The translations under genes were made by a program, and so were the position numbers. The notes under the pieces are model-generated. The model made no database searches, was not told the origin of the DNA, and saw nothing but the letters and a program-made list of their open reading frames with translations. A DNA stretch of 55,637 nt from an uncultured Paenibacillaceae bacterium (GTDB lineage Bacteria; Bacillota; Bacilli; Paenibacillales; CAYUSG01). This document shows, in pieces, positions 27,812 through 35,600 of this stretch (the stretch's first letter is position 1; the number at the start of each line of letters is the position of its first letter). The stretch is from positions 1 through 55,637 of the forward strand of contig CAYUSG010000004.1 in NCBI GenBank assembly GCA_964447355.1, read 5' to 3'.

Positions 27812-28558
27812 ATGTTGGACGTCCCCACAGTTCGGATTTTTGGGGTTCCTTTTTCAAAGTTAAATATGCAAGAAACGGTGCAGCTGTTATCCGAAGTGAT
27901 TGCTTCTGGCCAGCCACATCAAGTGATTACCGCGAATCCCATCATGGTGATGGCCGCACTAAACCAACCTTCTTATCTAGAAATGATGCAGCGGGCAGAT
28001 CTAATTGTACCGGACGGTGCGGGTGTTGTATGGGCAGCCTCTTATGTAGGTAATCCCGTGAAAGAACGAGTGCCGGGATTTGATCTCATGCATCATTTAT
28101 TCCGCGCAGGTGAACAGAAGCGATGGAAGGTTTACTTATTAGGTGCCTCTCCGGAAATTATGGAGGCGGCATCAGCGAAGTTGAGGACGCAGTATCCGCT
28201 CATTCGCTGGGTAGGTGCTCGGGATGGATATTTCAAGGACGATGAAGATGTTAGCGTGATAGAAGACATTCGAGCCGCGGCGCCTGACATTCTTCTGGTA
28301 GGCCGTTCAGCTGCAGGGCAAGAGCCGTGGATTGATCGATATAAGCAGGAGCTTGGTGTCCCTGTGATGATGGGGGTAGGCGGCAGTTTTGATGTGATCT
28401 CTGGTAAACTTAAGCGAGCTCCCATTGTATTTCAGAAGTTGCGTCTAGAGTGGTTATATCGGCTGATGCAAGAGCCTTGGCGGTACAAGAGGATGTTAGA
28501 TTTGCCGAAATTCGCAGTGAAAGTGATTCGCGAGAAAGAAAACGTGCAGAATATTTGA
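27812..28558 (+). CDS. tagA: WecB/TagA/CpsF-family glycosyltransferase (ManNAc transferase-like)
   Basis: ITANPIMVM, DLIVPDGAGVVWA and RLEWLYRL strings. The start could be GTG 27803, which overlaps the csaB stop. Confidence 0.85.
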   Translation: MLDVPTVRIFGVPFSKLNMQETVQLLSEVIASGQPHQVITANPIMVMAALNQPSYLEMMQRADLIVPDGAGVVWAASYVGNPVKERVPGFDLMHHLFRAGEQKRWKVYLLGASPEIMEAASAKLRTQYPLIRWVGARDGYFKDDEDVSVIEDIRAAAPDILLVGRSAAGQEPWIDRYKQELGVPVMMGVGGSFDVISGKLKRAPIVFQKLRLEWLYRLMQEPWRYKRMLDLPKFAVKVIREKENVQNI

Positions 28559-28680
28559 AAATGAGGTTGAAATTCGGCGTTTTTTGGCTATTTTCAATTA
28601 TTTTCATAGTGGTATTTAATAGCAAATGGGCGTATAATGACATCTTGTTGGGATAGAAAATAAAGGTGGAGAGACGATAT

Positions 28681-29784
28681 ATGACGGTTTTGTATTTCAT
28701 CGGTTTCATTGCTGCACTCATTATGGTTTTGCTTTTGACGCCGATTGTGAAGAGTTTTGCGATTTGGGTAGGTGCAGTAGACGCTCCTAATCATCGTAAG
28801 GTGCATACACGGATTATGCCTCGTATGGGCGGTCTAGCGATATTTTTAGCATTCGTTGGAGCGTTCTTCATTATATCGCCAGCGATTACAGATATGAAAC
28901 ATAATGCGGCCTGGGGATTAGTGTTAGGCGGGCTGATCATCGTGATCACGGGCGCATTTGATGATCGTTTTGAGTTATCACCTAAAGTGAAGCTGCTGGG
29001 GCAAGTATTAGCCGCAGGTGTCGTTGTCGCTTTTGGTTTAAAAGTAGAGCTGGTGAATATTCCTTTCGGAGATTCGATGGTATACATTGGTTGGTTAAGT
29101 GTTCCGCTGACGATCTTGTGGATTGTAGGGGTGACTAACGCGATTAACCTCATTGATGGGTTAGACGGATTAGCTGCGGGTGTATCTGCCATTGCTACCA
29201 CAACGATGATGGTTATGTCATTAATGATGGGCAATTACACCGTTGCATTATTATGTGCCGTACTGTTAGGCAGCATCTGTGGGTTCTTATTCTTTAACTT
29301 TCACCCTGCGAAGATTTTCATGGGGGATACGGGTGCCCTTTTCTTGGGCTTCAGCTTAGCCACATTGTCTATCTTAGGATTTAAGCAGGCTACAATCGTG
29401 TCGTTTATTGTTCCGCTTCTTATTCTAGGGGTACCGTTGTCGGATACATTCTTTGCGATCTTGCGTCGCAAGCTGAACAAGACGCCGATCTCAGTGGCTG
29501 ATAAAAGTCATTTGCATCATTGTTTGCTCCAGCTGGGCTTTAGCCATCGCAAAACGGTGTTGATTATTTACGGTATTGCCGCTTTCTTCGGACTATGTGC
29601 GATACTGCTGTCTCAAGTCCAGTTGTGGATTGCGATGATCATCTTAGCCGTTATCGTAGTAGTATTGGAGCTGGGCGCGGAGGCTATTGGCATCCTAAGC
29701 AAAGGGAAGAGGCCTTTATTGCGTATGCTACGTAAAATTGGTGTAAAGACAACCCAATTCTTAGGTACACGCTTAATGAAATAA
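28681..29784 (+). CDS. tagO: undecaprenyl-phosphate GlcNAc-1-phosphate transferase (MraY/WecA family)
   Basis: AAAGGTGGAG before ATG 28681. NAINLIDGLDGLAAG and MGDTGALFLGF motifs. Polytopic. Confidence 0.88.
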   Translation: MTVLYFIGFIAALIMVLLLTPIVKSFAIWVGAVDAPNHRKVHTRIMPRMGGLAIFLAFVGAFFIISPAITDMKHNAAWGLVLGGLIIVITGAFDDRFELSPKVKLLGQVLAAGVVVAFGLKVELVNIPFGDSMVYIGWLSVPLTILWIVGVTNAINLIDGLDGLAAGVSAIATTTMMVMSLMMGNYTVALLCAVLLGSICGFLFFNFHPAKIFMGDTGALFLGFSLATLSILGFKQATIVSFIVPLLILGVPLSDTFFAILRRKLNKTPISVADKSHLHHCLLQLGFSHRKTVLIIYGIAAFFGLCAILLSQVQLWIAMIILAVIVVVLELGAEAIGILSKGKRPLLRMLRKIGVKTTQFLGTRLMK

Positions 29785-29832
29785 TGACTTAATACATGCG
29801 AATGAATCAATATTATCGTTCTTGAATATCTC

Positions 29833-29886
29833 AAGGGGCACCCTAAAGCCGAAAATCGTCTTTTTGGGCAGCCCTTTTTATTTTGC
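29833..29886 (+). terminator. possible terminator after tagO
   Basis: Interrupted AAGGG...CCC / GGG...CCCTT pairing followed by TTTATTTT. The stem is imperfect. Confidence 0.3.
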
Positions 29887-29921
29887 GTGTTTAGGTCATA
29901 CTACTACCTCGAGGTGATGCT

Positions 29922-31331
29922 ATGGTATTTCATTCTCCCAATTTCTTAGTTTTCTTCATCCTGCTGCTGATTCCCATATTACTCTTTAGAAGGCATCGCG
30001 TCTGGCTGCTGGCTGTTGCTAATATTATATTTTATGGAGCCGCGGGGTTAGGTGTACTGGCTGTTTTCTTGTGCGTCACGCTGATTACATATTTATGTAT
30101 GCATGGGATGAAACGAAATACTGTATTCTTCTGGTTTGGTATCGGCACAAATGTGTTAAATTTAGTCTTTTTCAAATATACGGTGTTTCTGTTAACGACG
30201 ATTGAAGCTTGGACGGGTTCAAGCTTTTGGTTTAGCCCATCGTTCGCCCATTCCATTGTGCTGCCTGTTGGGATCTCGTTCTATACGTTTCAGTTGATTT
30301 CGTATTTAATTGATGTGCGCCGGGGGGATTTGGAGCCTACTCGTTCGTTTCTGAAATTCTGGGTATACATCTCGTTGTTCCCGCAGCTTGTAGCGGGGCC
30401 GATTATGCGCGGTGATGAATTAATGCCGCAGTTGGACGAATTACATACGAGACGGATACGTTGGTCGGAGATTAAGTTTGGCGTGTATTTGTTTATGGTC
30501 GGCTTAATTAAGAAGATATTGCTCGCAGATCCGATCAGCGAGATGGTGAATCCGCTCTTTGCCAAAGGAATGGATATTAATGCGGTTGAATCATGGATGG
30601 CTTCGTATGCGTTTGGGTTTCAAATTTATTATGATTTCTCGGCCTATAGTGATATGGCATTAGGGCTTGGTTATATGCTGGGCGTTAAGCTGGTGCTGAA
30701 TTTTAATTCACCATACATTAGCAGCAATCCGAGTGAGTTCTGGCGCAGGTGGCATATTACGCTATCTCGTTGGATTAGGGATTATATTTACATAGGTTTA
30801 GGCGGTAATCGTAAAGGACCTGTACGCGTACAGTTAAATTTATTTGCGGCTATGGTGATATCGGGCTTATGGCATGGGGCGATGTGGACGTTTGTGCTGT
30901 GGGGAGCGGTGCATGGCTTGCTGCTGATTGTTTATAAAGGCACGCTCTGGTTTAACCGTTATCAGGGGATCAAATGGATGAGAGGCACGCTAGGGTACCG
31001 GATTGCGGCGACGGTTATCTTTTTTCATATCGTGACGTGGACATGGGTGTTCTTTCGGGCTGAAAATATAGATCAGGCGCTGCATATGACGAAGCAAATG
31101 ATGTTTGTAAGCTGGCCGGACCTCTTTATGCAGCCTGAAATGGTTTGGATTGGCTTGTTCTATCTGCTTCATCTTCTGGAGTGGCTCATGCGCAGGGATG
31201 AGGCGAAATCTGCTAAATGGTGGCATGTGGTGCCGTTTCCTGTTCGCAGTGCGGTGTACGCGGTGATGATATTCGCCGTATTCTATTTCCAGCGAGGTGA
31301 GACTTATGACTTCATCTACTTCCAGTTCTAA
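29922..31331 (+). CDS. MBOAT-family membrane O-acyltransferase (AlgI/DltB/PatA-like)
   Basis: 469 aa, polytopic. SEFWRRWHITLSRWIRDYIY and ISGLWHGAMW (conserved His) strings. Confidence 0.9.
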   Translation: MVFHSPNFLVFFILLLIPILLFRRHRVWLLAVANIIFYGAAGLGVLAVFLCVTLITYLCMHGMKRNTVFFWFGIGTNVLNLVFFKYTVFLLTTIEAWTGSSFWFSPSFAHSIVLPVGISFYTFQLISYLIDVRRGDLEPTRSFLKFWVYISLFPQLVAGPIMRGDELMPQLDELHTRRIRWSEIKFGVYLFMVGLIKKILLADPISEMVNPLFAKGMDINAVESWMASYAFGFQIYYDFSAYSDMALGLGYMLGVKLVLNFNSPYISSNPSEFWRRWHITLSRWIRDYIYIGLGGNRKGPVRVQLNLFAAMVISGLWHGAMWTFVLWGAVHGLLLIVYKGTLWFNRYQGIKWMRGTLGYRIAATVIFFHIVTWTWVFFRAENIDQALHMTKQMMFVSWPDLFMQPEMVWIGLFYLLHLLEWLMRRDEAKSAKWWHVVPFPVRSAVYAVMIFAVFYFQRGETYDFIYFQF

Positions 31332-32409
31332 TGCATCAGCTATTCTCGATCAAGAGGTGCAAGCTGCTGGAGAGGAATTGCGTGCACGAGGACCGAGACG
31401 AACTAAACGTTCTGGGAAAAGGGTCTACAATTTAGGCTTGATAGGCTTGATCGTGTTGATCATTAGTCTGGAGATGCTGGTATTCCGCAATGTCATGTTC
31501 TATGGATATTCTCCAGGCTGTGTGGGGCGGCTGGCGGAGCTTAAGGTGTGTTTCGAGCAGGCAGATCCTGAGCAGATTGAGGTGGCAATATTCGGCGATT
31601 CCATGAGCATGGACGCACTTCGGCCGGATCAAATGGAAGCTGCAGCGGGTATGGAGCCTGGATCGATTTTTAATTTCAGTATCAGTGGCGGTTCCGCTTT
31701 CGACGTTGCCAAGACGTATGAAGCTTATATTGATCAATTAAGTGGATTACAGAAGGTTATCGTTGTAGTGAACGAACATCAGTTTAATGATCACTTGATG
31801 TATACAGCAGACGGTAAAATAGAAGATGTGAAGTTTAAATTTTATGCCAATCTGCAAGATCGTCTAGCCGTAATGAATTGGGATAATTATGGTGACATGG
31901 CTTTAGGATGGCTGCTTAAGTCATATGATATGCGATCGGTATGGGTTATGATGCTCGAGAAATATCGCAATGGTACGCTAAGGGAAGCGATTCCCGTTCA
32001 TTCAGGTGGATTGCCGGCTGTCACTTACGCGGAGCCTGACTCTAAAACGCTGGGTTATGCCCGAAATGTAGCGGATCGCTGGTTCGAAGATTACGGGGTA
32101 GAGGGGATTAGGGCGGATTATTTTGAGAACATGATGAAGGATTTAAGCGATCGGGACGTTGAGGTATTCATGCTGCAATTGCCGCGATCGCCGCTGTTTG
32201 AGCAGGTGATTCGAGAGGATTACGCGAACGAATCGAGGCTGTATCATCAATTTATTGAGGACACAGCGAGAAGGTATGGGGCTGAGCTTCAAGTGATGAG
32301 TAATGATGCATTGGATGTAGATGCCCATTTCAGAGACTCTAATCATGTCAATGCTAAGGGTGCGGAATGGGTTAGCCGGGTTGTTGGTGAACAGTGGTTA
32401 AGGCGCTAG
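31306..32409 (+). CDS. membrane-anchored extracytoplasmic SGNH-like partner of the MBOAT protein (DltD/PatB-like)
   Basis: ATG 31306 lies 7 nt after GAGGTG and overlaps the MBOAT 3' end by 26 nt. One TM helix. AIFGDSMS (GDS block) and RDSNHVN (DxxH block). Confidence 0.75.
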   Translation: MTSSTSSSNASAILDQEVQAAGEELRARGPRRTKRSGKRVYNLGLIGLIVLIISLEMLVFRNVMFYGYSPGCVGRLAELKVCFEQADPEQIEVAIFGDSMSMDALRPDQMEAAAGMEPGSIFNFSISGGSAFDVAKTYEAYIDQLSGLQKVIVVVNEHQFNDHLMYTADGKIEDVKFKFYANLQDRLAVMNWDNYGDMALGWLLKSYDMRSVWVMMLEKYRNGTLREAIPVHSGGLPAVTYAEPDSKTLGYARNVADRWFEDYGVEGIRADYFENMMKDLSDRDVEVFMLQLPRSPLFEQVIREDYANESRLYHQFIEDTARRYGAELQVMSNDALDVDAHFRDSNHVNAKGAEWVSRVVGEQWLRR

Positions 32410-32651
32410 TTTGGGGTGGATTACTTTCTGCGGTGTAGAGATTTGGTCCCTATTATTTTGTGGTTCAGGTCTAACATTTTGACACTTTTCAACCGATATG
32501 TTTAGTACACGAAACTTTCTCTGTCGGAAGGAGTCTATTAGTGTAAAACCGTTACACAGGAGGAGATTGGCAGTTTTTCAAAGCGTAAGTGACTGGGGAA
32601 GAAGCAATCACACATGGGTAGAATCGACTAGAATAAAGAGGAGGAGCCGTT

Positions 32652-35600
32652 TTGAAGAGTAGAATTCAACAATGGACAAGCGTACTATTGATTTTTGCAT
32701 TAGTTATGAGTTTATTACCGCCTATCGCAGCCAATGCAGCTGGAGCGGTTATAACGATAACCTATCCACTGCCTGTAGACGATCTTGATGGCGATGGTAA
32801 GCCAGCTGCGGATGAGGACCGTAACATTGTCCGGCTTACGAACTCGAATGCAACTATAACTGCAACGATTCAGAATGTAAGTGCGGATTTAATCCCGAGT
32901 ATTTACTATGAAATAACGAATATGACGACGGGGAATACGACGGTTGAGAAGAGCAACAGGGCGATCTGGGACCCTTCACAGCCTTTTAATATTTCATTCC
33001 AGAATGTTTCCCTGACAGAGGGTTTGAACAAGATCGTCATTAAAATGGGAGAGACCAGTGTGGTGTCTTCTGAACCGGGGTGGGCTTACTTCACGCCTAC
33101 AACGAACATTAAGAATTTGACCATTAATGATGAAATTTTCGTTGATAATAAGATTTATCCCGATGATCCAGATTTCTCTACTGCATTAGAAATTTCAGGT
33201 TCGTCGCCTAATGCCAGTGAAGTGCTCGCTTATCTCTATGGCGACACTACACCGAAGAATGCTTATTTCAGCGGGGGAGAGTTCTTCTTCATTGCCGATG
33301 ATATTAATAAAACCAACTCCACAGCGAACTTCCGCTTAAGACCAGGGGATAACCTCCTGACCATTATTGCGAAGAATGCTACAAAGAATTTCGAGATTGA
33401 TCGTAATATTATTTACGATAACGGCGGCCCGTTTGCCTTCGGAGCAACGATTCAAGGGTTGGTGAAGAATGAAACGGTAGATATTGATGGTAATGGAGAT
33501 GGAAGCGGGGATCTTTACTTGGATGCGAATCTCACTAGTTTAGAGGTTCATACCCAACCTAATGGTCAAGGCGAACTAATTGATAGTGAGTCTTATGATG
33601 TCGTGGATGCTGATGACGATGGCAAATACGAAATTGTATTTGACGGTGCTGAAACGACTACTGATTTAGCAGTGACGAGCAGCAAAGTATATCTTACATA
33701 CACCGTTGGCGATCCTGAAAAGTTGATTTTATCACCTACCATTACAACACCATATGCGAAGATTTCATCCTTATTAAAGGTAGATGTGAATGCGCTTAAT
33801 GATCCTGAGTATCGTTATGTGAAGATTAAACTGCCAGGCAAGGAATTTGGCCCTTATGATTTGGGCGGTGCCGTTGATGCGCCGTGGGCCGATGAGATGA
33901 ATCCGATGGAATTATACGAAGGGTATTTGCCGACATTATTCTCTATTCAGGGGTCTGCAATTGATAATAATATTACTGTGTCGTACGAGTCGGCTGATGC
34001 AGATGCTGCTCATTCAGGCAATTTGACGTATGTGAGATCCAATAGTGACGAAACCGTAGGTTTATTCGAACTTGAGGAAACAACGCTTTCATCAGATAAA
34101 TCTCCGTACACCTTTACAGTGAAGAATGGATCAACGATCTTAGATACGTTCCAAGTTCAAGTGTATGACAATGGGAACATGCCTTCCTTTGATTATGACA
34201 GTGTAGATGGAGCAGATGCCGACGCAGTTGCTGATGGATTGGAGTTCGATCTAGCTGAGCTGGACTTGAAAGAGAATGATTACGAAGATGAAACTGTAAC
34301 GATTACTTTTAGCGAAACTGTCGATTATCGTGATCTTGACATCGATATCTTAAACTTAGCAGGCGATCGTGTCATAGCTTCGGCTGTTGGCGAAAGTGAT
34401 ACGAATAATAATGATGCAATATTGCAATTTACCGTTCCTAATGGTTTAAACGAAGGTCAGTACAAGATTCGCGTGTCCTATGATAATGTTCCATTAACCG
34501 AGCGCTACTTCGAAGTAGGTGCGGAACCTCAGGAACTACCAGAGGTTACAGGCGTTGTGTCTCCAACGATCCCTAAAGTAAACGGTCCGCTTTACATTGC
34601 CGTCGAAGGTTCTAACTTTGGGAATGACGTGTCGAAGTTTAGTGCTGTAACGTTCACACATGCTACACAACCTGACGTGAGCGCAACGGTTTTCGATGTA
34701 CGTGATGACCAGTTAGTATTGTATGTTAATGACGCTGATGGAGATGCTGACGATTTTGTAGCAGGTGAAACTTATAATATCGAATTTACCTTTACGAAAA
34801 ATGATACCAATACGGTTCAATATGATAATGACGGTATCAATAATGCCTCAACAACTGTCGATGTCGTTGCTCTAACGGATACAATGTATTTTTCGACAAT
34901 TAATGATGGCGAAGTTCTTCAATATACAGAGGAAGATATTGAAGACGATGTTACTTTTGAATTAACAGGTGTCAATGTTGTAGAAGACGATTTGCGTATT
35001 GATATTGTAGATCAAGACGGTGACGAAGAAGACGAGGCAGATTTTACGGTAGACACTAATACCGTTACGGTTGAGGTCCCTGATGATTTAGATCCTGGTT
35101 ATTATTATGTACGCGTTATGAATATAGGTAATGCAGACGATGAAATGTTGACTGAAATTCCGCTCAATATCATTGCACCAGGCATTTCGTCGATCGAACG
35201 AGTATACAATGAAACAGCTGAAGCGTATGAATTTGTTATCACTGGTTCGAACTTCGGATTGAACTTAGACGATAATGAGCTTGGATTGAAATTTGAATCG
35301 TTGGATAATGATTCGGCGGCCCCTGTCGAGATTACTGCAGAGCAAATTCTAGGCGGTGAAAGAGCCGTATTAGAATATCCCGTATTAAATGAAGGCTCAT
35401 ACCTAGTTACTTTAATGTACGGTGATGCAGAGTTTAACAGCATCAACTACAATGTGACCTCAACGACTGCGGAGCTGGAAGAGAGCTTCGAATGGTCTAA
35501 GGAAGATCAGTATAAGGTGTACGAATTTACTACAGAACTAGCGATTCCATCAGATCGGACACAGTTAACCCAATTTGAATTTTACAATTTCAGTTCGGAT

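Noticed and set aside
28410-28806. Short ORFs on both strands in the tagA-tagO spacer (103, 68 and 70 aa)
   Set aside because: They overlap the tagA 3' end or the tagO 5' end, have no SD and are AT-rich. A lone TATAAT near 28634 lacks a usable -35, so no promoter was called.
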